A stretch of 64,000 bases of DNA. Source: Felis catus (taxonomy: Eukaryota). Position 1 is the first letter of the stretch. Each line of letters starts with the position of its first letter. The translations under genes were made by a program, and so were the position numbers. The stretch spans positions 200,634,001 through 200,698,000 of the forward strand of contig NC_058368.1 of NCBI RefSeq assembly GCF_018350175.1. The letters are read 5' to 3'. The notes under the pieces were generated by a model that saw only the letters and a program-made list of their open reading frames with translations, ran no database searches and was not told the DNA's origin. Below are positions 1 to 13,227 of this stretch, piece after piece.

Positions 1-784
1 AAAGAAAAAAAACATGAAAACAAAATGACAAAAGTACCAGATGAAACAAATGGAAATATGTTTATACATTTTCAAAGTATGTAATACAATAAGAAATCAG
101 GAGGAAAATTATTAAAACATCATAAATAGGAATCTGTACTTTTAAAAAACTTCTATAGGAAAGTAATTCATAAGCTAATTTAAAAAATTACAAATGGGGC
201 AAGCATTAATATACAATGACTAGAAAATGATTAGTATTCCTTGAAAATTTGCAAACACTCATTCCTCTTCCTTGTTTTATTGTTAATAACACATGTCATT
301 CTTCATAATTGATTTTTTTATTATTCTCTTCATCTAATAACAATGTGAGTGCTAAGAGGGCAGTTGTTTTTATCTAATTTAATAATATGTTTCCAGGACC
401 TAGAATATGGGCTGGCTCACTACAATTTTTAGTAAATGATATCAATAAGAAATGTTCATCACCATAATATAAAAATGGGCATAGTATAAGAAGAGAAAAA
501 AATTCTAAAAGAAACAATGTTAAGTATTACTAATGATATAAAATATGTTCTATCTTGACATTTATAAGCTAAAGCATTTACATTCTTTATTATGTATTTG
601 ACTGACAAGCTTTCAATTGCTTAATCATACCCATTTTCCTTATGGAGATGGAAAAATATATAGTGGCATAAACTGCTGATGTTAGTGTAAATTAGAGAGT
701 AATATGGAAATAAAAATCTTAGATTCATTGGAGTGCAGATATTTGATTTCTGGATGCTTATTCCAAAAATACATTAGGATATTC

Positions 785-1250
785 TTTTAGTTTTGTTGGT
801 TGCTGTGCAGAAGCTTTTTAGTTTGATGTAGTCTCAGTAATTTATTTTTGCCTTTGTTTCTCTTACATCAGGCAACATATCTAGAAATAAGTTGCTACAG
901 TCGATGTCAAGGAAGTTTTTGCCTGTATTCTCTTCTAGGATTTTAATGGTTTCAAGTCTCATATTTAGGTCTTTAATCCATTTTGAATTTATTTTTTAAT
1001 ATGGTCTAAGAAAGTGTCTCGGTTTCATTATTTAGCATATTTCTGTCCGGTTTTCTCAACACCATTTGCTGAAGAGACATTCTTTTTCCCATTGGATATT
1101 CTTACCTCCTTTGTCAAAGATTAATTGACCATATAGTTATGGGTTCATTTCTGGGATTTCTATTCTGTTCTATTGATTTGTGTGTCTACTTTTGTGTTGG
1201 TACCATACTGTTTTGATTACTACAGCTTTGTAATATAACTTAAATTCCAG
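785..1250 (-). mobile_element. Carnivore L1 ORF2 fragment, inverted arm
   Basis: Minus strand encodes decayed L1 ORF2 (FKLYYKAVVIKTVWYQHKSRHTNQ, end of ORF 1170-1697). It is colinear with 14215-14685 of the young L1 in this window. Confidence 0.9.
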
Positions 1251-1252
1251 AA

Positions 1253-1442
1253 GCAAATGACATATCTGGTAAAAAACATATCTGATAAAAAACATATCTG
1301 ATAAAAAAAGTATCCAAAATATATAAAAAGTTATCAAATTCAACACCCCCAAAATTAATAGTCTAATTAAAAACGGGCAGAAGACATGAATAGACATTTT
1401 TCCAAAGTAGACATGCAAAGGGCCAACAGACACATGAAAAGG
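1253..1442 (+). mobile_element. Carnivore L1 ORF2 fragment, sense arm
   Basis: GCAAATGACATATCTG...GACATGAATAGACATTTTTCCAAAG...GGCCAACAGACACATGAAAAG matches the ANDISDK...[17 protein letters not shown] region of the young L1 ORF2. Confidence 0.9.
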
Positions 1443-1690
1443 TTTACGTGTTTGTGTGTGTCTGGAGAAAAATACATATAAAATACATATCATGTATACA
1501 TATATGTACATATATGCAAATATATTAACACACATATATAAAAACATATATGTATATGTAACATATACAAATGTGGCATATAAAACATATATATGGTACG
1601 AAGGAGCACTTTGTATGCAAATTATATATACAGACTGTATATGTGTGTGTATATATATGCATATGTACATATGCACACTCTTTAAAAATA
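1443..1690. repeat. Degenerate (TA/TG/CA)n low-complexity tract
   Basis: Alternating purine-pyrimidine sequence, which explains the Y/I/M/C-rich spurious ORFs here. Confidence 0.85.
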
Positions 1691-1964
1691 TTCTCATCTA
1701 TATCTCTATTTACTTTTATATTTCTAAATGTATCTTGATAGAGATACCTATAACTATGGATACAGATGTGTGATAGAATGCTCACCCAAACTCTAATAGT
1801 GTTAGGATTTAGAGCTATTTTCTAATGCTTTTCAGCTATTTTGTTCTAAATATTTACATTGTATAGATGCCAAAATTCATATTCTAAAGGAAAAAGATTC
1901 TGTGGTATTTTTAATGGCATCAATATCTTTATTTTAATAACTTGAGATTAATTTTTGTTATTTT

Positions 1965-2072
1965 TTATTGAGGACAGGAATTATCCCTATTTACCATTGC
2001 ATTTCTGTTAATAAGTAAAGTGCCTGGCAACTAGTAGGTGATCAGTGATGGTGCACTGAATAAATGAATGAG
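1965..2072 (+). mobile_element. L2 LINE 3' end remnant
   Basis: AAAGTGCCTGGCAACTAGTAGGTG...TGAATAAATGAATGA resembles the L2 3' terminus. Confidence 0.6.
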
Positions 2073-5000
2073 TCTGTAGCAAGAAGATGCCTCAAATTAG
2101 CATATAAATTTCTCACTCTTACCCTACTTTACTATCTTTGAGAAGCGTTGCCTAGAAATCTGTTACTAATGGAAAAATTAGTTTACTTTTATCTGATGGA
2201 TTCATCTATTTTTCCTTTCCCAATGAATATAGTCCCCAGATTTTGATTCTCTTGGAGTACTTTCTGATTAGTCTCGAAACTCCCTGTTGCTCTTTGGAAT
2301 ATGGAAGAAACTAGGGCCAACCAACAATCTGTCTGAAAATAAGAGAAACCACCCACCTGGGGTCAATAACCCACTCTATTTCATGAAACCATTCATATTT
2401 CAACACTGAAGTGGTTTGGATAGGTGAAAATGACAATGCTGATTGGTTCAGGTACCAAGGTCACAGAAGGGGTTCACTTTACAATTATATCCACTGAGAG
2501 AAGTCAGTAATGCATCCTGCTGAGGAGACTTAAGGCTCCAGCTTGCTCATGATCTGTCTGAGCGAACTGACTGATAATCTATGCTACTGCACCTCTGCCT
2601 CCAGAAGAGCTCAACCTATCAGAATCAACTATTCTTAGATAGCTTTAAAAAAGTGAAGAGCATAAAATCAGACATAATCAGAATCAATTACCGAGATTTT
2701 TTAAAAATTAATTTGAACTTCTGGATAATAGAACAATCATTCCTGAAATATTTTTTGCTACCTAAAGATGATATGCTTTTTCAAAATGGGTATACCTTTA
2801 TACTTGAGATATATAAACCCAATTTTGATTAATTTGATTAGTTTGAACTAAGTATCAATATGATAAGGTTTAGGCTATTCAGTTTCTAACAATTCACTCA
2901 TTCATGGTGTAGTCACTTTTAGTATTGAACAAAGGGGACACACACTGACAAACCAGAAATCCACGTACACACACAACTACGAAGACAAGTGTGCAGGTAT
3001 TTAACTGACTGAAAAGTAACAAAAAGCTTGACAACGTCAACTGACGTAAGTTCCCAGTCTGACATGAGAGAGCTGAGCAAGACAGAGCCCCAAACTCCTC
3101 AGTTCATGATCAGCTCTAAAAAATGGGAAGAAACATTTGTTTCCTAAGCTTGGACACAGTTGAATCAGGAAAAATTTCACAACCAAGAATGGAGAGACTG
3201 TCTGGGAGTTGTCAGGATTTTAACCTAAAAAGGAAAGAAGAGGCAAGAAAGGAATTAGGCAATGAAGTGGATGCTAAACCCCACAGCAGTTTCAATGGCT
3301 TTTGTGATTTAACTTTTCCTGTCTGGCATATAAAAACATACTGTAAATAGCACATGGCTTCAACAGTCACCCTCAGCTCTCTTTTCATACGTTCTCACCC
3401 TGTCTCACAGACTGTTACCCCCAATTTTAGAATGCCCATCTCCATAGTGAGATATAGCTACCTTGCTGTAGTATACTTCTGAATTATCCCACTGGGTTTT
3501 CCTGTGGGCTTCATAAATGGCCATGGACTTCTGTTATTTTGATTTTGAATACATCTTGTCTCTGTTTACGCTTCATTTTAGTCTTACAGACCTGTATCAG
3601 GTGGGGAGGCCCAAGATACAGCAAATTATTTGGGTTTCAGACAGGTATTTTTATGTGGAGCTCACCCTGTGAGCCTGGGTGCCAGAAAATTGATTCAGCC
3701 TTTGATACTAACCATAATTTAGCCAAACATTTTAAAACATTTTATGATGATGAAAATTTATTTCTTTAAATGATAAAGCACATCCAACATAGTTCAAATA
3801 GACATTTTATATATTAAAAAAACTGTCTTATCATTTATCACAATGCTCAATACACTATAGGAGATCAGTGAATGCCAAGTGAAAGATCAAAGAATGAAGA
3901 AAGTTGAACAAAAATCTTACTTCTTAAGTAAATTCATTCATTTAGATACCATGTAGATTAAATGTTTAGTCAAATTTTATGCAACTTTTACAAATTGAGC
4001 TGTTACCAAAGGCTTATATTATTCTCCCTTAGGTTCACGGAGCAGCACTAGAAAATTACATTTTGAAATTATTTTTAAAATTTAAGTCAAAGTTTCCAAT
4101 ATTCCAGATTTTTCTAAGGTTATTAAAAAACCTTAGTTTATTTTTATTTTTATGAAAACGTATCAAACAAACATTCTTATGAGAGGGTTACCTCTCCTTA
4201 CTTACATGGTTTGTTTTTTTTCTCTTAAGAAATCATAAATGCCAAAGCTTTCCAGATCTTTCAATGCGGTCCTGGTTCCGCCATAATATTATCCCATATA
4301 CTTGACTTTCTTTTACATTCTTACATTTTTTGCTTAGTTTTTTTCCCTCTTATTTCACATTTCAACAATAATAAGCTTGAAAGAAAACAAAAATACTAAA
4401 ACCTTTTTCTCTATTTATAATACTATGGTAATTGTTCTTCTTTGTCCTGGCATTTAATTAATTGTGTATATTTAAGAAAATCCATTTCTTTAAAATTTTA
4501 TCTTCCAGTTTACTTTCAAGTGTGATAATTGACAGGTAATTAAATGTTTAGGTCAGCAATTTCTGCGAACTCACAAAAAGTCAGAGATTCAGTGTTAAGC
4601 TCTTTCAGACTTATTTGATCACTATGAGTGGAAATGATGACAAATTTTGATTAAGACCAGCTAAACCAATCAATAAAGTCCTTGAACTTGCATAAGTTAC
4701 TACTGGCTATTCACAATAATGGTGATAGCCTAGAAGTGAATCCTGAAACCATTAACATGGAATGAACAACAGATAACTTGACAAAATATTTTTTTCTCCT
4801 GTTGTTTCAAGTTTGTACACCTATGTCAGTGTTGTAGAAATTTAAATTATGCCATTCTTGGCTGTTGTCCCTGCTTTTTTTTTTTCTATTTAAAATATTT
4901 TCTCCAGCTTATCATTTAGATGACTTTATTCCCCCAACTCCACTAAAGGCACAAATCAGGGAAATCACAGAAGAAATAGTGGCAGGGTACTAGTGCTGTC

Positions 5001-7663
5001 TACCATTTTTGTGGATCCCAGTTCTGATATAGTAGTTGAAGTTCAAAAGGCAGAGAAGGTCAAGGTGAAGGTGTACTACTTCAAAATCCTCAAGGTCCAT
5101 TGGATATAAAACTTAAACAAACAAGAAATTACTTTCATTGATTAAATGTAGATTGAATTAGGAGGAAAAAATGACAGGCACCACTAAGGTTATATCCCCC
5201 ACGCATTGTTTAACTCAGCATGACTGATTCAATCTGCTGAGCCCCAAGGAAGGCCAAAGATGTCACTCATGGACTCCACACAATGCAGGATTCTTAGAAG
5301 AGCAAAATCGAAAAGTTGCACTTTATCTACTCACAGCCTGGAGCCACTGTTCTCATTCGGGTCTTGTGTTAGCAGAACAATGAACTACAGCAGGCATTGG
5401 GCTGTTCCGCATAATAATTATAGGTATCCCACAGGCAAAGCTGTTGTTGCTTTTAAGACTTGACAGAATGTGTCTTGTAGGCATGACCTAGCAGATGGGG
5501 ATTTTTTCTTTCATCTTTCCCCCAAAAGCCACCTAGGTGAAATATATAAAGCATCTTGATAAGGGATATATTTTCTCCTGTAGGGGTAGTTTGATTACTA
5601 TAAGCTGCTCTTCTTGTTCATTCACCTGAAAAATAATTGCCACTCTGTGGTGGAAGAAGTCAAGTATAGCCACAGAGGCAGGGGTAGACCTTTTGCTCCA
5701 TCCTGCTAATTTGTGTCACCTACTGCACTGGCTTATGTATTGATGGTAGAAAAAAAAAATGAAGCAGAAAATTAAGTCTGAAAGGATTTTTTGTCCTGCT
5801 GTCACTTTGTACAACATTTAGTTCAGTTGACATGACACTGTGCCTTTTGTTACATAAAACTGTCACATTGTCCCCTTCTGGTTAGCTGCAGTTTCTGCCC
5901 AAATCAATAATATCTGTCAAAACTGTCAAATAACGAAAGGATCCTATGATATGTTGGCTGCAGTGAATGATATTTTTTACTATCTCTTTAAATGTTACCA
6001 AATTAGGTTCAAACACATATTTGAAATAAAGAAGTGACATAAGCTTTGTAAATGATATAACATTTGAAAATGAGGGCATCACTTATGTGCATTAGGTATG
6101 TACTATTTGGTGCACTTGTAATTTCCAAAGAAAATTTTAAATCGATTTCAGATGGATTGCTTTCATTATATAATGACAACTTTAAATCCTAAACAAAGGG
6201 GCAACTCAAAACCCTGAGCTTCTATTCATTTCCTCCCACCGCCCCCATATGTAATGATTACACTTAGTTATCAGAGATAATTTATTCTAAATGTAATTAG
6301 CCATAGAAGAACTGTAGGTATGGTCACTTACTGTTTTCTATCCAGGACGCTCAATGGTTGCCTTCTGGCATTGTTTGTAAGCAGGAAACCAAGTCACGGA
6401 CAGCTATAACTTGAGCCAGTGGTCTTAAACTTTCGTGATCAGTCCCTCTAGTTGGAAACTGTTGGCGAAAGCTCAAAAGTGACTTTTTGGTAGCTTCAGA
6501 TGAACTAAAAAATTATATTTTGTGGTTTAGTTAAACATATTACACTTTGCTCTGCTCGGGGATAATATCTTTATGTCTTCATGTTTCAGTCTCTCACCAA
6601 GCAAAGAACACATATAGAGATCATGCTATTCACAGTTCCTTGAACCAGGTAGTCTCTGTTTTTAAAAAATGTGTGTTTTAGCATTTGAGTTTAACATGCT
6701 TTCAGTGACCCTCTCTCCTGATCCTTCTAACTATCCCCTTACACCACACATTTTTCCACTTGTCAAAAATATTCAGAATTAATTTATCTCTTTTATACCT
6801 GATATGACTTAGGGTGTTTAGGCTCATGATACCTATATAAGTTTACCTTGAATCCCCAAAACCATGGCCTATAGAAATCTAAAGATCATCTGCCTCCATA
6901 CAGAGTGCTATGAACTCCCACACGTTACCACTGCTTAGAGTGAGCTGGCTCAAATGTAAAACTTAACACCTCTGAGTTCTTCAAAGAATTATTAACATGC
7001 AGGCATTAAGATACTGAGTAGACTGTATCAGGTAGATTGTGGGTTAAAGAAGATAAGTTTACACAAATACATTTTCCAATGTCCTTTCACAAATACTCTG
7101 TCATATTGAATCAGGGCCATAGTTTGTTGCACACAAAAGTAATGAGAATGCATTTTAACACAGTATTATTTAGTCCCTGGTATGCCTTTCTTTAGGAATT
7201 TAATAAAAAAAATTACTTAAAATTTAAAAGTAGATCTGATAAAAAGTTGTCTGCTCTCTTTCATATATGAATGTCAGTAACAGACCTAGAGAAAACATGT
7301 AACTCTCAGTGATGCACTAAATAAATACCTGTTCTATAAAATTCTGCAATCCTTCATAAAAGCTAATAAAAAAAAAGAGAGAGAGAGGTCTTGGGTACAT
7401 GAACATATAGATATTCACATTTACCAAAAATGTTTAAAATAAATTAAACTTTACAATATCCATATGTCTTAGAACAGTGAAAGTATAGTCACTTACTTTG
7501 GTAAAAATAATAATATATAATAAAAGTAAAGATTTATTTACTTTATTATAAAATAATATTCTATCAAAATCCCTAGACTTTCTAAATTTATGAAAGTGCC
7601 TATATTCTAATCCATCTAAATTTTTTGCCACAGGAATATGCAGTGGTAAAAGTCTTAGTTTGA

Positions 7664-7840
7664 GGGGCACCTGGTGGCTCGGTTGGTTAAATGTCTGACT
7701 TTGGCCCAGGTCATGATCTTATGGTTCATGAATTTGAGCTCCACGTTGGGCTCTGTGCTGACAGCTCAGAGCCTGGAGCCTGCTTTGGAATCTGTGTCTC
7801 CCTCTCTCTCTCTCAAAAATAAATAAACATTATTTTTTTT
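7664..7840 (+). mobile_element. Can-SINE (feliform type)
   Basis: GGGGCACCTGG head, (CT)n, A-rich tail. TSD AAGTCTTAGTTTGAG at 7650-7664 and 7841-7855. Confidence 0.95.
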
Positions 7841-8169
7841 AAGTCTTAGTTTGAGTCTAGAATTTGGGCATTTGCAAGAATGCTAGGTTATGCTCACTAA
7901 AGCTCTATTTTATGGTCAATTGAAGACATTTCTGGATAAAAATTTATCATAAGAGTAGAGCTAAAGTTGGACTCAAGGACAATGGGTCATTATCTAAGAG
8001 GTTATGTCATTTAGAGATTAGAACTGTATCTGTTGCTGATTTCTCTCTGACCCAGGTTTACTGAAATTTTGTCTAAGTCTTAGGATCAGGAGCTTGCAAA
8101 AAAGTAGCAAAGGGAAACTAAGAATTAATTCAGTACATGAATAAAGCAGTGATAACATACATGTCACCA

Positions 8170-9520
8170 GCTGGACAAAATGATACTAAAAACAGAAAGT
8201 ATCTGAATTTGTTAGAAACAGATAAAGCAGTGTTTAGAGGGAGATTTGTAGTGTTGGTTTTTAAAAGGTTAACAAAATTAACAAATCTAAAGCTGTACTG
8301 ACCAAGGGACAAAACACATGAAGGATGGCACATTTGTCAGGTATTATACGGAAGGCACCACTGCAAATCCTAAAGACATTAAAAGAAATTAAGAAAATAT
8401 TACAATCCACTTTATGCCAGTACTTTCAACAATTTCAGTGCAAAAGATACATTTCTTAAAAACATAAGTTATCAAAACTAACTCAAGAAGAAATTGAAGA
8501 TATATATGAACAGCCCTATATCCATTAAGTAAATTAAATTTATAACTAAAAGCTTTCAGCAAAGAAAATTAAAGGTCCCAATGGCTTCTCTTGTGAATTG
8601 TATCAATCATATAAAACAGAAATAGTACACAAATTATACACAAATCCTTTTTTTTAAGTGGGAACATTTCTCAAGCAATTTATGAGCTGAAATTATCCCA
8701 ACACCAAAACTAAAGATACAATGAGAGGGGCGCCTGGGTGGCTCAGTCGGTCGAGCTTCCAACCTCGGCTTAGGTCATGATCCCTCAGTTTGTGATTTCC
8801 AGCTCTACATCAGGCCCTGTGCTGACAGCTCAAAGCCTGGAGCCTGCTTCGGATTCTGTGTCTCCCTCTGTCTCTGCCCCTTCCCCGCTCATGCTGTCTT
8901 TCCCTGTCTCTCAAAAATGAATAAACGTTAAAAATACAAAAAAAAAAAAAGATACAATGAGAAAAAAGAAATTATAGAACAGTATCCTTGCATGGATTAA
9001 AACAATAAGACGGTATTACCAAATAGAAATATATATAAGATACTATTCCATGAGCAGTGGGATATATTCAAGCAGTGTTACATTGATATTCAAAAGCAAT
9101 CAGTATGATTCAGTGGATTAACAAAAAATTAGAGGGAAAAGAAGGTGGTCATGTTGATAGATGTAGCAAAAGCATTTGAAAAGATTTGATATCCATTTAT
9201 AAAACTTTCAAGCCACTGGAAGTAGAAGAGAACTCCCTGAACCTGACAGAGAAATATATTAACATTTACAATAGCATTATATCTAATGGCAAAATAGAGA
9301 ATATTTTGCCCTAATATTGGAAAGAAGGTAAAAATATTTACTCTTCCCACTTCCATTCAAGCTTTTATCAAAGGTCCTGGCCAGTCTCAAAAGGCAAGCA
9401 AGGGAAACAAAGGGCAAACAAATTTGAAAGAAAGAAGTAAAATTGTTTGAATTCACAGATGATATGATTGTATTAAGTCATCTAAGAAATTGATCTACTT
9501 GCACTAATAACTGGATTTAC
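8170..9520 (+). mobile_element. Old L1M ORF2 remnant (RT region), interrupted by a SINE
   Basis: AAAGCAGTGTTTAGAGGGAGATTTGTA (KAVxRGxF), GATGTAGCAAAAGCATTTGAAAAGATT (DxxKAFxKI) and TTCACAGATGATATGATTGTA (F-T-D-D-M-I-V, decayed FADD) at 9452. Many stops and deletions. Confidence 0.85.
8727..8947 (+). mobile_element. Can-SINE (feliform type)
   Basis: Full head, CT tract, poly(A). TSD AAAGATACAATGAGA at 8712-8726 and 8948-8962. Confidence 0.95.
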
Positions 9521-10589
9521 CAATTTTAATTATAAATTGTACCTTCCTTTATTTGGGAGAAAATGTTTTTGTTTATAATGCAATTGACTTATGTTTTGTG
9601 GGAACATTTTTGTTGTTGTTGTTTCTATTTTTTTCTTGATATTAAAAAATAGAAAAAAAAGGTTTTGTTGATGTTGGTAATGAAGGGACAGACTTGTGGG
9701 TACTCATATTTGTGTCTACCGTGACATTTTGGAACAGCTTTCAACATTAGAAATATGTCTCTGTATAGCAAATGTCTCATTATTTATATAGAGTAAGAAT
9801 ATCACTATATTTATAGCCTTACATGTCATGTGGTATAGGTTTCATCTACCAGATGAATCAAAACAAGACTTTTGAGCGATCAAGTGGAGAATGGCTATCC
9901 ATCTTGCTTACACTGGTGACAACGGACACCGGATGTGTCTCTAGGTGAAGGCAGTGGTGGAATCTTTCAGATGCTACTAAAAGCAGAACAGTTTTGGTGC
10001 TTGGGGACACTGCCAGATTCTCGTCCCTCCCATCAGGTGCTACATGGTTTTGTGGTTACTGGGAATGTCATCTGAATTAACAGATAAGGTCTGAAGTATG
10101 ATAAAAGTTGTCCCCAATCTTAATAAAACCCTACCTTGGCTTCAATTTACTACAGAAGATTCAGTGGTAGAAATTTGAAAATCCTGATGGATGTAACAAG
10201 GTGCTAACCCCTTAAATAAATCAAATTTGTGGCTTTTAGTCACTGAGTTTTTAACTTACCTAAACCATGCATCTTGCTGTGCAATCTTTAACCCCATCCC
10301 ATCAGCTACACCACCATGGAACCACCAAATTTCCAGATGCACAAAAACTCAATGGTGGAATTTTGTTGCTTTTCTGCTGTCCACCCCTGCCAAGAAGGAG
10401 TAAGTATGTAACCATTTGCTACTGACCAATTGATGAACACAGACCTAATGTAAACAAATTGGAAGGAGAAAAACGCGTTGGTTTAAATATCAAAATTTTC
10501 CCTTATTTGCATATTTATACATTTACTCCATGTAAGCAAAACAATAACCTTTTCCCCCAGCATCCATAAAAGACAAATATTTATTTAAA

Positions 10590-10830
10590 AGTACATCTCA
10601 AAACTAATAATAAATTATCAAGAAAGAAATCATACAGACCATATTTTCTACCCATAAGAAAAATAATACAGAAAATTAATCTTTCTAAGTCTCAATTGCT
10701 TAGTAATTTAAAAACATCAAATAACACTTGGATCACAGCCCAAAATAAACTGATTACAGGCTCTTAAAAAATCACTAACAATGAGACTCTAAGTTTCTAA
10801 ACTGTAGCCAAAATGATATCCATTGTACAA
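10590..10830 (+). mobile_element. Old L1M ORF2 fragment (end of endonuclease domain)
   Basis: GAAATCATACAGACCATATTTTCTACCCAT resembles EIIQSIFSDH; AATAACACTTGGATC resembles NNxWI. Confidence 0.5.
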
Positions 10831-12900
10831 TATAAAATTTCTCCCATTTTGGTGAGCATTCCAAATCTCAGTTGGACTTCAATTTTTTTTTTATGCAAGC
10901 TTTTAATCACTTGCTTTATTCCTTAAAGGATGTTAATCTTCATCTGCATTTGTAGAAATCCTAACTCTAAATTGCCTCCTGTGTTTCTGAAGGGCTGAAA
11001 TCAGGATATAAGTTGGCTTTTCTGCTCTATTGTGTCAGAGCTGGCCACGAGTACTCCGTCATTCTGTTGCTCCCAACTACAATTAGATTATATTGAAAGG
11101 CAAGTTCCCATAATCCTGAATTTCTCTACAGTAATCTGATTCTATATTTTTATCAGATACATGAACAATCTTTCAGTAGCTTCCTTATGTTTTTCGTTTT
11201 TCTCCCGGAGAACACTTTTCTCTATCTTTTATCTAGCCACAGACCGTAGGAGCCCTGACAAACCATCTCTCTGGGGTCTGATGATAGCTCCTGAGTAGGC
11301 TTTGTGAACAAACAACTTGTGTTCAAACATGTATGTTTCCCAACCTTTTTCACTCCTTGAATATTCCCTCTCCATCAGAAACTGAGTTGCTTTTCTGTAA
11401 AATTGATTCAGACCCTGAGCCAAGTTAACACCAGGCTTTCAAAGGTCCTTTCTTCAGATAGTCACCCTGTGGCAAAAGCCAACTTGAAATTCTCCAGCTA
11501 TTCCTTCCTGCCTCCATCAAGATGTGTTCTTGGCCATTTCCACTTAATTATTTAGAAAGTGTCACCAAATCTGGGACCCAGCTTTAATGGCTTTCTCTTT
11601 CCTACCACTACCTACTACAGAGAACACCAATTTGATTTTTATAAACTTAGGAAATATGGCTTCCTTATGCTCGTGACGTCATAGAACAGGCAACGTGACA
11701 CACTGCAGGGTCAATTTCAAGGAGTACAGTTTCATTTTAGGGGCTATTCCATCAGAAATTTTACCTCTTCTACCAGAATCTTGGAAACTAGCATCCTACA
11801 TAGGCAACATTATGAGAGACGCTAAAAAAGTAAATGAATTCATGTGCATCCTGAACATGGGGCACAGCCCCAAGTTTCTGCCCTTCATCTATCAGCAGAA
11901 AGCATGACAAAAACCAAAACAAAACAAAAAACAATGTGACATCAATTCTACATATCAAATCAGAGAAAGAGCTTTGCTCTATTAATTCAAAAGTATTTAA
12001 ATAAAAAGAAATGGAGGCTATCACAATGAAGCCCAGCATGAACAGAAATAATTACAGAATAGTAGAGAATTTAAAATGGGAAACAATGACAAATGTGTGA
12101 GCTAGAATTGGAAGCTACTTTTATATTAATATAATCTTGAGAACATTATTATTATATTAATAAAATAAAATAAATTCATGCTACCTCAAACTACCAGTTA
12201 TTTTAAAAATATAAAATATATGCATTGTTAAGAAAGCCTTCATTAGTTATAGTAATTGTTTTTTTGTAAGTGGTCTTAATGATAGTTACCATTACTAATA
12301 CATTTCTTGCTTTCATACAAATGATGTTTACATTTTCTGTTTCTGATGGTTTTTGTGGATAAAAAAACATAAGAGGATTGAATAGACAATAATCTGTTCC
12401 ATGCTTCTAAAAGCTAAAAATCTCTCTTTGCGTTTACAGATATAAGCTGCCTATGCATATTCTTCTTACTTAAAATTTTATTACTTGACAAATTTGTTTA
12501 CCAATTCTTGTTTCATATATAATTTCTCCATGTAAATCAACTCTTCTTGATTCTCAGAGTTATGAAAATACACCATATTTCTGTTTCTTCATACTGTGCT
12601 AAGATTCCTTCTGACCACATTGCTTTACATTAATAGGTTATACTATTCTGACCAGAAGTTCCTGTAATAATTCATTGTCATCTATCAGTTTGCTAATGAT
12701 GAAGAGTCAGCATTCTCAGAACATACTTCCTAGACTACTTCAATTACATATTACATTTTTTGTTGTTATATATTAGATCAGGCATTTTTGAAGAAAATTG
12801 TTTAAAAATGCACCCCCTGATTTTGTCTGCTTCTTGAAGTTTTATAGGTTTGCTTTTTTTGCAACTGTTTAGGTAGATATTTATGTATATATACATAAAT

Positions 12901-12946
12901 TATAGATAGATATAGATATAGATATAGATATAGATATAGATATATA
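12901..12946. repeat. (ATATAG)n microsatellite
   Basis: Tandem GATATA units read directly. Confidence 0.95.
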
Positions 12947-12964
12947 TGCGCCACCTGCAACTGA

Positions 12965-13175
12965 ATGAAGTCTAATCAAGTCTGTACCACTGAATAGTTA
13001 TGTGTGATTGGGCAAGTCAGTTAAACACTCTGTGCCTCAGTTTCTTCGTCTGAAAAATGTGAATTAAGGTAATAACAGTCTTTACCTCATAGCTTTGTTA
13101 TGATGTTGAAAGAGTTAATACTTACAACATTATCAGGACTTCTGAGCACTCTGTCAGTGCTTACCGTATTAGTAT
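12965..13175 (+). mobile_element. MIR SINE
   Basis: MIR core TTGGGCAAGTCAGTTAAACACTCTGTGCCTCAGTTTCTTCGTCTGAAAAATG. Confidence 0.85.
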
Positions 13176-13227
13176 GGGTTACTCCTGTCGATCACTTTTA
13201 TGGCTTTGTACCTACAATTCTATTTTT

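Noticed and set aside
1261..1308. Short direct repeats as a CRISPR-like array
   Set aside because: No spacers, mammalian L1 context, no cas genes.
1170..1785. ORFs of 175, 105 and 86 aa
   Set aside because: They run through a TA/CA low-complexity tract and L1 fragments; the composition is an artefact.
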